Shown here: positions 38,031 through 48,014 of the stretch, piece by piece | How the letters are laid out: the number at the start of each line of letters is the position of its first letter | Position numbering within the stretch: the stretch's first letter is position 1 | Assembly (NCBI GenBank): GCA_044226015.1 | Contig: JBGAHS010000001.1 | Coordinates: 128,001-192,000, forward strand | Direction of reading: 5' to 3' | DNA: 64,000 nucleotides | Source: Candidatus Obscuribacteraceae bacterium | Lineage (GTDB): Bacteria; Cyanobacteriota; Vampirovibrionia; Obscuribacterales; Obscuribacteraceae | Program-made: the position numbers and the translations under genes | The notes under the pieces: model-generated | The model's database searches: none | What the model saw: the letters and a program-made list of their open reading frames with translations, nothing else | What the model was told of the DNA's origin: nothing

Positions 38031-38372
38031 TTAGTGCAATGTGGGTGGGTCTTGCAGCACAGGCGGGTGCTTCGCTGTTGAGCGTGGCGGCTTGTAGGGG
38101 GCAGGATTTAGCGCATCGGCTTCTGCGCGATTTTCCATCTGGTGAACGATTTGCGAAAGGCTAATATTCAAACCGTTGCAGATGAACCAGAGAGCGCCCA
38201 ATGTTAGATTGCGAATGCCGCGTTCAACATCGCTAACGTAGGTTCTATGCAGTCCAGATTTGTCAGCCAGCTCTTCCTGAGACATGCCCAGAGAAACCCG
38301 ACGTTCGCGGATTACTCTGCCGAGTGCCTCGAAGGTTGGTTCTAATTCTTTCTTCAGTACGGTTGATTCCAT
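38031..38372 (-). CDS. XRE-family helix-turn-helix transcriptional regulator
   Basis: RRVSLGMSQEELADKSGLHRTYVSDVERGIRNLTL; GGAGG upstream. Confidence 0.88.
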   Translation of the reverse strand: MESTVLKKELEPTFEALGRVIRERRVSLGMSQEELADKSGLHRTYVSDVERGIRNLTLGALWFICNGLNISLSQIVHQMENRAEADALNPAPYKPPRSTAKHPPVLQDPPTLH

Positions 38373-38510
38373 CCGTCCTCCATTCCGTGCAAGCTCCAGT
38401 TCAAACCGGATTGCAATAAAGCTAAAGCTGATTCCGTGCCCGGAATACTTTTCAGACCATACTACCGCGACAGTCTTTCATATATCTTTCAAGGCGCAAA
38501 GCCCTGTGGC

Positions 38511-39704
38511 TCAAATGCCTTGAACTTCTACACCAAGAATTCTGTCCTGTGGCGTGATGCGTTGCACTGCTTCCATGCCGCTGAGTACACCACCAAATAC
38601 GGTGTATTTATTGTCAAGTCGTGGTTGCGGACCCAGAGTTATGTAAAACTGGCTGCTGGCTGAGTTCATATCGTTTCCGAATCTAGCCATAGCGACAACA
38701 CCAGCGGCATTGTGCTTTAGCAACTGGTGTAACTCTAGCGGTATATTTCGGACCTTTGAATCTCCTGGAGGAATGTAACCTCCCGTGCCGTCCCCTTTGG
38801 GGCAGCCCGTTTGAATTACGAATCCTGGAACGACTCGATGCCAGCTCAAATTGGTGTAAAAGCCTTTCTGCGCTAGTTCAAGAAAGTTGGCGACCGTTTG
38901 CGGAGCATACTTTCGGAACAATCGAACTTTAATGGGTCCCTTTGTTGTTTGAATAATCGCAACTGGGTCAGGTTTTTGTTGGGCAGCTGCGGCCTTGGCG
39001 GCTTCTTCCGCCGCTTTGCGCTTGCACATGGGACAATCTTTCTCGCCGTTTGTCGAGGGTCCAGCGAGCCCGTCTGCACTGAGCTGCGGGTTTCCATCAT
39101 GATCATGGTGGATCTGAGCCTCCCCCGCACCGCCCTGTCCGGGCATTTGCAAGACGGGGTTGCCTTGAGATGGTGTCATGCCAGGCTGGGACGGATAGCC
39201 CTGTGATGGTGTCATGCCAGGTTGGGAGGGATAGCCCTGTGATGGTGCCATTCCAGGCTGTCCCGCATAACCCTGCGATGGTGCCATTCCAGGCTGTCCG
39301 CCCATCGATTGTGCAGCCATGACTTTGTTCATGAGCCCCTGCGTGTACGCATTCACATCGCCACCGCCTGCTTGTCCTGGCGGGGCTGCGCCGTCAAATG
39401 GCCATCCTGACGGAACAAAAGGTTGTATTGGTGGACCCGATTGTGCTGCCATACCCTGTCCCGGCATCTGCCCAGGCATGACTTGTGCGCCCGGCATTCC
39501 CTGTGGGCCTTGCATTCCCGGGGTTGTCTGGGCGGGCGGCGGGGTCGATGTTGCGCGAGGCATGCTCGGTGCGCCCGGCATGGGAAGCACTACTTCTGGC
39601 GGAAGAAGGTCTGGGTCGGCCGGGCTTTGAGCCACGGCTCCTTGCGGGGCGGAAATGCTTATAAATAAGGCAAGTAGTAAGTTGGCTTTTGTGGTCTTTG
39701 TCAT
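38511..39704 (-). CDS. Secreted cyclophilin-type peptidyl-prolyl isomerase with Pro/Gln/Gly/Met-rich N-terminus
   Basis: C-terminal APQTVANF...WHRVVPGFVIQTG...SASSQFYI...YTVFG. The ATG at 39704 begins a signal peptide. Confidence 0.88.
   Translation of the reverse strand: MTKTTKANLLLALFISISAPQGAVAQSPADPDLLPPEVVLPMPGAPSMPRATSTPPPAQTTPGMQGPQGMPGAQVMPGQMPGQGMAAQSGPPIQPFVPSGWPFDGAAPPGQAGGGDVNAYTQGLMNKVMAAQSMGGQPGMAPSQGYAGQPGMAPSQGYPSQPGMTPSQGYPSQPGMTPSQGNPVLQMPGQGGAGEAQIHHDHDGNPQLSADGLAGPSTNGEKDCPMCKRKAAEEAAKAAAAQQKPDPVAIIQTTKGPIKVRLFRKYAPQTVANFLELAQKGFYTNLSWHRVVPGFVIQTGCPKGDGTGGYIPPGDSKVRNIPLELHQLLKHNAAGVVAMARFGNDMNSASSQFYITLGPQPRLDNKYTVFGGVLSGMEAVQRITPQDRILGVEVQGI
39158..39300 (-). repeat. Intragenic 36-bp repeat x4 (QPGM[AT]PSQGYxx)
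   Basis: 36-nt periodicity, e.g. TGGTGTCATG at 39171 and 39207. Confidence 0.85.
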
Positions 39705-40054
39705 GATCGACTTTCGAGCGAATGTTCCTTCACAAATAACATAATTCGATGCAGCTCGCAATGAAAAGTATGGGGGAAGTCCCATTTGTGAACTTGGGAG
39801 CAGCATTACTGTCAGGTCTCGATCACAAATATGCTTTGATTTTGACACTACATTCAGTGGCGTCTCGTGGCGAGCTGCATGATTGTGCAGTTACATACTG
39901 CGAATCATCACAGCGCCGCTTTTGCTTGTCTAGCCTCGATTTTAGGGTGTTCCAGTATTAATAAAATTCCAGTTTGCGACTAGATGGGGATTTTACGGCT
40001 AGGCGTAATTCGGTCTGCCATTTACCTTGAACTTTGTTGCGGGGGGGAAATGTG

Positions 40055-40927
40055 ATGGATAACGTTTGCAAACCACTAAATGTCTTGGACTGGAACGGGT
40101 TTGACATGGTGCGCGAGAATACGGATTGCTCTGCGTATACAACAGCACGAAAGATGTATGACGAGGTTTCGAACAGCACAGTTCTCGTGGAGACAGGCAA
40201 TGATGCGTATCCGCGCAGCCCGAGCTCAGCGCATGTAGGCACCGGCTTTTTTGTAAACAATGGCGATGAGATAGTAACCAATTCGCATGTTGCTGCTATT
40301 GATGATTACGTTGATGTGTTCACTAATGATGGGCGACACTTCCATGCAAAAATTGAAAAGCTTGACACTGAAAATGATCTAGCCTTGTTGAAAGTAGAAG
40401 GTATTGAGCCCGATCCTAAGCGAGCTTTAAAGCCGGGTTCAAGCAAAAATCTTGCGAAGTCAGACGAGGTTATTTCGTTTGGACGTCCGGATGGCTACCC
40501 TGAGACTGTTGCCTCTCCCGGGGTGTTCATCAACAGGGATGAATTAGGAAAGCTGGTTACGGACAAGTCTCGTTTTCCAGATTTGAAGAAAATGATTGAG
40601 CTTGGGCAAACAACGACTGACCCAGTTTTGTCCAGGGAAATTTCGAACTACCTTCAGTCAGAGCGTCTGCATATGCGTATGAATATTCACCATGCCAACA
40701 GTGGTTCGCCATTGCTTGACGCCAATGGCAACTTAGATGGAGTTGTTGCCAATCGTATCAGTGCTGCGCATGCACTTGTGATACCGGCGGAGAAAGTCAA
40801 AGACTTACTGGAAAAGCCGGAAAGCAAATTTAAGTACGAGTATTCTACGGATGCTGCTGGTAACAATAAGCTGCTCGGCATTAAGAGGCTGGATGGAAGC
40901 GACACGCCTCCTGTTGTTTTGAAATAG
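40055..40927 (+). CDS. Trypsin-like (S1C-type) serine protease without PDZ domain
   Basis: GTGFFV, VTNSHV, NDLALL and HANSGSPL catalytic triad motifs. Confidence 0.85.
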   Translation: MDNVCKPLNVLDWNGFDMVRENTDCSAYTTARKMYDEVSNSTVLVETGNDAYPRSPSSAHVGTGFFVNNGDEIVTNSHVAAIDDYVDVFTNDGRHFHAKIEKLDTENDLALLKVEGIEPDPKRALKPGSSKNLAKSDEVISFGRPDGYPETVASPGVFINRDELGKLVTDKSRFPDLKKMIELGQTTTDPVLSREISNYLQSERLHMRMNIHHANSGSPLLDANGNLDGVVANRISAAHALVIPAEKVKDLLEKPESKFKYEYSTDAAGNNKLLGIKRLDGSDTPPVVLK

Positions 40928-41056
40928 ACTAGTTTGGTAGAAACCTTACTTGAAAGAATTACAAGTTGATGCAAAAGTCGAAATTTCGACTTAATCTTTG
41001 CCATTAGTGGTAAAAGTAGAATATCAACATCGTATAAGACAAGAAAGGAGCAGGGA

Positions 41057-42490
41057 ATGCTTCTTAGCATTAGCACGACTCATCGTCCGGCTACGGACCT
41101 TGGATTTCTTCTACTAAAAAATCCAAACAATCTAAATAGTTTTGAACTCAGCTTTGGGAAGGCTCATGTTTTCTTTCCCGAGGCAAGTGACGAAATTTGT
41201 ACAGCTTGCCTTCTTCTTGATGTGGACAGCGTAACGCTGGTTCGCGGAAAGGGGCAGCAAGACGGAATTGAGCAATATGTGAATGACCGACCATATGTGG
41301 CGTCATCATTTATGAGTGTTGCGATAGCACAGGTCTTTGGTACCGCTCTTGGTGGCAGAACGAAACATAAGCCTGAGCTTGTGGATGTTCCTATTCCGCT
41401 TAAGGCCTCTATCAGTGCTCTGCCCTGTCGCGGGGGTGAGGCGCTATTAAAGAGCCTCTTTGAGCCGCTAGGTTACGAGATTTCGGCCCAGCGCTTGCCG
41501 CTCGACGAGAAGTTTCCTGAGTGGGGCGAGAGCCGCTACTATGCACTTGAACTTACTCAAACTCTGCCTTTGAAAGATCTGTTAAAACACCTGTATGTGC
41601 TTATTCCTGTTCTTGATGACGAGAAGCACTATTTTGTGGGTCAAGAAGAGGTTGATAAGCTTTTGCGTCATGGTGGCAGCTGGCTTGCAACTCACCCTGC
41701 AAAAGAGTTGATAAGCAAGCGCTATCTAAATCATAAATACAGTTTGGCGCAACTCGCCTTAAACCAGCTTGCTGAGCAAGGGGAAGACTGCTCTGAGGAA
41801 CAAGTTGAGCAGAACAATCAGGAAGAAGAAGTTGAAAAACCCTTGAGTCTAAATGAACAACGCATTCAAAGTATATTGAATTGCTTATTGGAGAATTCCG
41901 TGCGCAGCGTAATTGATATGGGCTGCGGGGAAGGGCGCTATCTAAAGGCTTTGCTCGAGCAAAAAGAATTCGACAAAGTTGCAGGAGTCGATGTGTCTCC
42001 TCGAGTGCTCGAACGCGCCGCAGACCGACTGCGCCTTGACCGCATGCCTGAACGGAAACGCGAGCGGCTTAATTTGTTTCAAGGCTCGTTAGTTTATAAG
42101 GATGATCGGCTTAGCGATTATGACGCAGCTATTTGCGTAGAGGTAATCGAGCACATGGACTTGCCGCGTTTACCCTCATTTGAAAAGATGCTGTTTCAAT
42201 ACAGTCGTCCGAAAATTGCGATAGTTACAACGCCGAATGTCGAATACAACGCAAAGTTTGAAACATTACCGGCTGGCAAAATGCGTCATGCTGACCATCG
42301 ATTTGAATGGACCCGCGCAGAATTCGAGTCGTGGGCAAGTCGAGTGGCGAGTACCTTTGGATATTCGGTTAGCTTTAATACGATCGGTCCGGTTGACGAG
42401 CTTTTGGGGGCGCCCACGCAAATGGCGGTGTTCAAAATTTTGAGTGAGGAAGAGCTTCTTGAAGCAGTCTCAGAAAGGAGGGCAAAATGA
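41057..42490 (+). CDS. hen1: 3'-terminal RNA ribose 2'-O-methyltransferase Hen1
   Basis: Hen1-N (MLLSISTTHRPATDLGFLL, YVNDRPY) plus MTase domain (DMGCGEG, EVIEH, TTPNVEYN, RHADHRFEWTRAEF). Confidence 0.95.
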   Translation: MLLSISTTHRPATDLGFLLLKNPNNLNSFELSFGKAHVFFPEASDEICTACLLLDVDSVTLVRGKGQQDGIEQYVNDRPYVASSFMSVAIAQVFGTALGGRTKHKPELVDVPIPLKASISALPCRGGEALLKSLFEPLGYEISAQRLPLDEKFPEWGESRYYALELTQTLPLKDLLKHLYVLIPVLDDEKHYFVGQEEVDKLLRHGGSWLATHPAKELISKRYLNHKYSLAQLALNQLAEQGEDCSEEQVEQNNQEEEVEKPLSLNEQRIQSILNCLLENSVRSVIDMGCGEGRYLKALLEQKEFDKVAGVDVSPRVLERAADRLRLDRMPERKRERLNLFQGSLVYKDDRLSDYDAAICVEVIEHMDLPRLPSFEKMLFQYSRPKIAIVTTPNVEYNAKFETLPAGKMRHADHRFEWTRAEFESWASRVASTFGYSVSFNTIGPVDELLGAPTQMAVFKILSEEELLEAVSERRAK

Positions 42491-45048
42491 AAATTGAATT
42501 GCCAGAACTTTCACTGGTCGTTTTGATTGGCTGTTCTGGAAGCGGAAAGTCAACCTTTGGAAAGAAGCACTTCAAGGGCAGCGAAGTTGTTTCGTCTGAC
42601 TTTTGCAGATACATGGTGGCTGATGATGAGAACGATCAGTCTGCATCTCGACCTGCTTTTGAGTTGCTCCACTATATTGTGGGCAAGCGTCTCGATGCTG
42701 GCAGATTGACTGTTATTGACGCCACCAGTGTTCAAGCTGAAGACCGCAAGCAACTTATCGAGCTTGCAAAAGCGCACAATTGCCTGCCAATTGCCATTGT
42801 ATTCAATATTGACGAGGAAGTCTGTCAGCAGAGAAACTTACAACGTCCCGACAGAAATTTTGGACCGCATGTAATCAGGCGCCAAAATAAACTGCTGCAG
42901 CGGTCTTTTAGAGGCATCAGAAAAGAAGGTTTCAATAGAACTTTCATTTTTAATTCGCCTGAGGAAGTTGAGCAGGCTGAGCTTGTACGGACTCCGCTCT
43001 GGAACAATAAAAAAACTGAGCACGGACCTTTCGATATCATCGGCGATATACACGGATGTTTCGATGAGACTATATTGTTGTTGGAGAAGTTGGGTTACAA
43101 GCTTAGCAACGATGAGTCAGACCCACTTCGGTATAATGCCAGTCATCCAGATGGTCGCTGCGTAGTTTTCGTCGGAGACCTGGTTGATAGAGGTCCGAAA
43201 ACGCCAGATGTGTTGCGTCTTGTGATGAATATGGTGAATACAGGAAACGCGCTATGCGTTGCTGGCAATCACGACGTGAAGTTGATGCGCAAGCTGTCTG
43301 GTAAGAACGTGAATATGACTCATGGATTGCTTGAGTCATGGCAGCAACTTGAGTCTGAAACTGATGAGTTCAAGTCTACTGCTTGTAAGTTTTTAGATGC
43401 GTTGATCAGTCACTATGTTTTCGATGATGGTAACCTGGTTGTTGCTCACGCCGGTCTAAAAGAAGCATTTCAGGGGCGCAGCTCAGGGCGAGTTCGTGAG
43501 TTTTGTCTTTATGGTGAAACCACAGGTGAAACTGACGAATATGGTTTGCCTGTTCGATATAACTGGGCAGCCGATTATCGTGGACGGGCAATAGTTGTTT
43601 ATGGACACACTCCTGTTCCCAGTGCGGCTTGGGTGAATAATACAATTTGCCTCGACACTGGTTGCGTATTTGGTGGCGAGCTGACGGCGCTGCGCTACCC
43701 TGAAAGAGAATTGGTTTCGGTTCCTGCGGCTCGCATGTATTATGAGCCAATGCGCCCTCTGGCTCATGTCGAGTCAGGTCCGCACGGCTACCGTACAGAA
43801 GATGATATGCTCAGCATCAATGATGTTTGCGGCAAAAAAATCATAAACACGCGCTTACAAAAATCGGTTACAGTGCGCGAGCAAAATGCTGCCGCTGCGC
43901 TTGAAGTGATGAGCCGATTTGCCATTAACCCGCGTTGGTTAGTCTATCTGCCTCCAACAATGTCTCCCTGCGGCACATCAAAGGTGCCCGGTTTTCTAGA
44001 GCGTCCCGAGGAAGCCCTAGATTACTACGTGCAGATGGGACAGAGTCGCATTATCTGTGAAGAGAAGCATATGGGTTCTCGCGCAATAGTAGTTGTATGC
44101 AAGGACGAAGCCAGCGCCCAAAAACGATTTGGAGTCGCTGATGAGGGCATTGGTGTTTGTTATACACGAACGGGTCGGCAATTCTTTTCTGATGAGAAGC
44201 TCGCTCAGCAGTTTCTCACTAGAATTCGCGACGCTGCCAATGAGTCGGGCTTTTGGGAAGAGTTTCAGACCGATTGGATGCTTCTTGATTGTGAGCTGAT
44301 GCCCTGGTCAATGAAAGCCCAAGAGCTGATTCGCAGGCAATACGCTTCGACTGGTGCAGCTGCTAGCAGGTCAATGATTGACGCTCAATCAGCCTTAGCA
44401 AAGGCTGGCAGCCGTGGCGTGCAGTTGGCAGACTTGCAAGATTCTTTCCGTGCGCGAACCGCTATGGTCGAGAAGTATGTGAATGCTTATAGAAGGTATT
44501 GCTGGAATGTGGATTCGCTCAGCGATGTGAAACTTGCACCGTTCCATCTTTTAGCGACCGAGGGTGTCGCGCATACGGACAAACCGCACATATGGCACCT
44601 TTCAGCTATCGCGAAATTGGCGCGTGCGGAGGGGGAGGAGATGATTATCTCGACGCCGTTTCGCGAAATTGATCTTTTGTCCTCAGACTCTGTAATTGAG
44701 GTTATTCGCTGGTGGGAGGGGCTCACCGCTGGTGGTGGCGAGGGTATGGTTGTAAAACCCTATGAATTTGTTGCGCATGGTCCGAAAGGTTATTTGCAGC
44801 CTGCCGTAAAGTGTCGTGGTAGCGAGTACTTGCGCATAATTTATGGTCCCGAATACGATGATGAAAGGTATCTAGAGCGCTTGCGCCATCGCGGGTTGTC
44901 TACAAAGAGATCTCTTGCGATGCGAGAGTTCTCGCTGGGTGTGGAAGCTGTTGAGCGGTTCGTTTTGCGAGAGCCTTTGTATCGCGTACATGAGTGTGTG
45001 TTTGCAGTTCTTGCAATGGAAAGCGAGCCCGTCGACCCGCGTTTGTAG
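42487..45048 (+). CDS. pnkp: Bacterial polynucleotide kinase-phosphatase-ligase Pnkp
   Basis: Kinase GCSGSGKST; phosphoesterase IGDIHG/GDLVDRG/GNHD; ligase EEKHMGSR, EGMVVKP and EPVDPRL; ATGA-coupled to hen1. Confidence 0.95.
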   Translation: MKIELPELSLVVLIGCSGSGKSTFGKKHFKGSEVVSSDFCRYMVADDENDQSASRPAFELLHYIVGKRLDAGRLTVIDATSVQAEDRKQLIELAKAHNCLPIAIVFNIDEEVCQQRNLQRPDRNFGPHVIRRQNKLLQRSFRGIRKEGFNRTFIFNSPEEVEQAELVRTPLWNNKKTEHGPFDIIGDIHGCFDETILLLEKLGYKLSNDESDPLRYNASHPDGRCVVFVGDLVDRGPKTPDVLRLVMNMVNTGNALCVAGNHDVKLMRKLSGKNVNMTHGLLESWQQLESETDEFKSTACKFLDALISHYVFDDGNLVVAHAGLKEAFQGRSSGRVREFCLYGETTGETDEYGLPVRYNWAADYRGRAIVVYGHTPVPSAAWVNNTICLDTGCVFGGELTALRYPERELVSVPAARMYYEPMRPLAHVESGPHGYRTEDDMLSINDVCGKKIINTRLQKSVTVREQNAAAALEVMSRFAINPRWLVYLPPTMSPCGTSKVPGFLERPEEALDYYVQMGQSRIICEEKHMGSRAIVVVCKDEASAQKRFGVADEGIGVCYTRTGRQFFSDEKLAQQFLTRIRDAANESGFWEEFQTDWMLLDCELMPWSMKAQELIRRQYASTGAAASRSMIDAQSALAKAGSRGVQLADLQDSFRARTAMVEKYVNAYRRYCWNVDSLSDVKLAPFHLLATEGVAHTDKPHIWHLSAIAKLARAEGEEMIISTPFREIDLLSSDSVIEVIRWWEGLTAGGGEGMVVKPYEFVAHGPKGYLQPAVKCRGSEYLRIIYGPEYDDERYLERLRHRGLSTKRSLAMREFSLGVEAVERFVLREPLYRVHECVFAVLAMESEPVDPRL

Positions 45049-45125
45049 GGCGCGAAGATATTTTTGAAAACTGCAACGGTACCGGTGGAGTTCTCTGGTT
45101 TTTCTGGTTTTTCTGCTTTTTCAAA

Positions 45126-46085
45126 TCACCACGCGCGCTGGCGAAGCTGCGGGGAATGTGGGTCGGTAACCGGAATGGCTGTCTGCCATCCAATGCCATT
45201 CATGTGTCCGAGGCGGACGTGATCATGATGGCTCAGCCTCTGTGGGCGATAGCTGCCGATGACGGACTTCACTGCATTCTCGAGTTCATACTTGCTTGCG
45301 CCAGGTCCAAGTTGCACCCTGGCTGTGGCTTCTGTGCCAAATAGATTAGGTTCCACAAAAACGTAACCAGAGGAGATATTCGCGCCCCTAACCGTCTTCA
45401 AGTCGTTTGCGCTTGCGCTACTGTAGACCATTTTTCCGATGAATTGGTCTGACCAGGCCACTGGTGCCAGAGCCTGCGACAGGCGTTGCCGCTCTGCTTC
45501 TGTACGTCCCACCACTATTGCCAGTGGTCGTTTATCGCAAGCGGCGACGTCGATAGCCAATCGAAGCGTATCAACTGCGGGAAGTGCGTCTGGCTGAGCG
45601 CCTCTGCCAGCGCTAACATAATGTCTGGAAATATCGTTCATCGCCCGCGCCATGTCGGCCGAGTCGCGAAAAACGTGTATTGGGCTGCGTCCGCCCAATA
45701 GTATTGGTCTTGCCCATGGGTCAAGAATAGCGAATACAGTGTTCTCTAGCGGTGCATCAGGTCTCCATAATTGCTTCAAAACTTGGGCTTCGCTTTCGCT
45801 TTCATACGTCATCATCCGCACGCAGACGAAGTTTCTGGAAGCATTTATCACATCAGTTTGCGTCAGGAACCTCCCGTCCGTGTCTTGCTTGCCTGGTCAC
45901 CACATGCCAGGTACGCCGCCGCATTGCGGTGCGGCTGCCATAAGTAGAATTGGTTTACCGGTTTTGGCTGCTTGTTCCTGGGCTTGCTTCCAGGTTGGAA
46001 TCCAGCCAATGCCCTCGCTCGCCTCTGCGGCTGAGCAGCAAAACAAGAACATGACACACAGGAACTGCAGGACTTTGACTCTCAT
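45126..46085 (-). CDS. Exported thioredoxin-fold protein with in-frame TGA (candidate selenoprotein, 319 aa)
   Basis: ORFs 45897-46085 and 45126-45851 are in the same frame, separated only by TGA at 45897-45899. Read-through gives IGW..W..A...A..TGKPILL...QCGGVPGMW-U-PGKQ...FLT..DVINASRNFVCVR, a thioredoxin_7-like pattern. Confidence 0.72.
45864..45876 (-). promoter_or_regulatory. Candidate bacterial SECIS hairpin
   Basis: CGGGA-GGU-UCCUG stem-loop at +21 to +33 after the UGA, with G at the first loop positions. Confidence 0.45.
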
Positions 46086-46357
46086 AGGTCGCCACCTCTG
46101 ATTACTTCTCTAACCAGTATAGGAATTCATTGTGGATTAAAAATGGAGGATTTGGTCGCCCAAAGTCGGCTTGAGCATTAAACCCGCTACGTAGTTTCCC
46201 ATTCAGTGCTAAACTATCAGACGCTGGGCGATCCCCAAGATGATGTAAAATTCAGCTTTTCGGGGAGATCCGCCGGGAACATTTTCGGTGGGAAGAACAC
46301 CATTGTATACAGTGCACTGTGCATTTAAGATTCAGCCATCAGTTAGAGATTCCCGCG

Positions 46358-46648
46358 ATGAACTTACCAAATAACCCCTGGAGCGAATATAAAAGCCAGA
46401 ACCCGGCCAGTGCGGCAAGCATCAAGAACCTGTTTTTTCGGGCATGCTTTGTTGTAATCACTATCGGGTTCACGATTTACGCTTTGAAGTGCGTGCCGTT
46501 CCAGAGCACTTCGATTGGCGCAACTCCCACAATCATCGCTCCGGAAGTTCGCAATGCCTCTGCTGATGAGCTTTCGAAATTGCCTTTTGCATCACACATT
46601 TCACTTACCAAGAAAAAAATCGCTGCCAGCCATCCCAGCGGAAGTTAG
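46358..46648 (+). CDS. Small hypothetical membrane protein
   Basis: ATG at 46358; a single hydrophobic helix ACFVVITIGFTIYAL. Confidence 0.5.
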   Translation: MNLPNNPWSEYKSQNPASAASIKNLFFRACFVVITIGFTIYALKCVPFQSTSIGATPTIIAPEVRNASADELSKLPFASHISLTKKKIAASHPSGS

Positions 46649-46765
46649 TCTAAGATTACCTGACCATCTGCCTGGAAAAACGTGTACCAGTCTTATAGCA
46701 AGCCTTTTGCTGAGGTTTGTACTGAGTCGTCTAAAGCAGCGCTTACTCATTCTTGAGTTCTTTAG

Positions 46766-47911
46766 TCAAACCGCGCGATTATCTATCTTGGTACTTTTTC
46801 CGGTCGGTGACCACATTATCAAGCCCGTAATTGCCATGATGAGTGGGGCAAATCCAATGAAACACCAGATGATTTTTGATGCCACTCCCGCGAAACTTCC
46901 GAAGTGAATGCGTGGAAGCCAAACCATAAAGATATCACCAGTGGTGCGTGACTCAGGGCGTACTACAGCAACAGCTCTCTTTGCTTCCAAATCAATGTCG
47001 ACTTCGGTCGCATCAACTTTGTCGTTGCTATTTGTATTTGTCAGCCAGAATTTGACCAGCGAATCTTTCTTGCCAGGAAGCGCAACCCTGCTCAATCGCT
47101 GCCCGGGGCACTGGCGCATTGACAGTTCAGCTGCTGCATCGATTAACTCTAATTCGTCTGAGCTGGAACTTGCCAGCGCGAGCGATTCATTCGTCAAATT
47201 GCTAGTGCTGGTTCTTGTCTTATCGATTTCTGAAATGACAGTTGATACCGGCAAAAATAAATTGACTATCTTCTCAAGTTCGTGATGAAAGCCGAAGCTA
47301 TAAGCGCTGATGCCCCATGTCAGAAACATGGGCAGCAAGATCGCACCAAGTTTCTGATGCAAACTCCAGCTCACGACGCGTCTGCTTCCCGTGTTTTTCA
47401 TTCTGAAGACGTGCAAGCAATAGGACGCTCCTCTTAAGAAAAGCGAGATTCCGGTAATTGAAAGCACAATGAAAGTAATTCCGCCGAACGCGTTGACCTT
47501 TCGTCCAGTAGTGCCATTTAGCAAATTGAAATGTAGTTCTTGCAAGAATTTGAGCACTGAATTCTCGTGCGCTACACCTATGACAGCACCTGAGCCCGGC
47601 TCTACATTTACGTGTGTGCTTGAACCTTCGCCTTTCTTCGCGAAAATCATTACAGGTTTGTGAGGCGTGAGCGGCAAAATAATTCCTGTGATTCTGTACT
47701 CTGGAAATTTTTCGCGCACGTTGCGAATCAGTTCAGAGAGTTTCGCTGAGTTAGAATAATCAGCTGCAACTGGCGGCTTGTTGAGTAGTTCTTCAAGTTC
47801 GTCTCGGAAAACCAAACTTACGCCAGTAATGCTCATCATGCAGAAATAAAGACTGGCAATTACTCCAATCCAGCGATGCAGAGAGGTCAATAGTGCTCGA
47901 TATCGAATCAA
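46766..47911 (-). CDS. PepSY-associated TM helix domain protein
   Basis: LHRWIGV...SITG, LQELHFNLL, LHQKLG and IHFGSFAG motifs. Confidence 0.88.
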   Translation of the reverse strand: MIRYRALLTSLHRWIGVIASLYFCMMSITGVSLVFRDELEELLNKPPVAADYSNSAKLSELIRNVREKFPEYRITGIILPLTPHKPVMIFAKKGEGSSTHVNVEPGSGAVIGVAHENSVLKFLQELHFNLLNGTTGRKVNAFGGITFIVLSITGISLFLRGASYCLHVFRMKNTGSRRVVSWSLHQKLGAILLPMFLTWGISAYSFGFHHELEKIVNLFLPVSTVISEIDKTRTSTSNLTNESLALASSSSDELELIDAAAELSMRQCPGQRLSRVALPGKKDSLVKFWLTNTNSNDKVDATEVDIDLEAKRAVAVVRPESRTTGDIFMVWLPRIHFGSFAGVASKIIWCFIGFAPLIMAITGLIMWSPTGKSTKIDNRAV

Positions 47912-48014
47912 CTTAAAATCCTACGTTCCTTCAAAGCAAGGTTTGGGAACTCATGCTAGCACAAGCTCGATTTTTAACTGCATAGCTAGAGAATCGAGGT
48001 TTCGCTTTTTGTGC

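Noticed and set aside
38031..38372. Restriction-modification controller (C protein) or prophage repressor
   Set aside because: The HTH is similar, but no R-M, integrase or phage genes are nearby and there are no convincing C-boxes
39705..39848. Extended N-termini from the ORF track (also 484-525, 56910-56945, 57879-57914, 60560-60634)
   Set aside because: Downstream ATGs give better starts (an RBS-like sequence, a signal peptide or the family N-terminus, depending on the gene)
45126..45851. Stand-alone 241-aa gene starting at GTG 45851, with a separate 62-aa gene at 45897-46085
   Set aside because: The split cuts through one thioredoxin fold, and both parts are in frame across a single TGA
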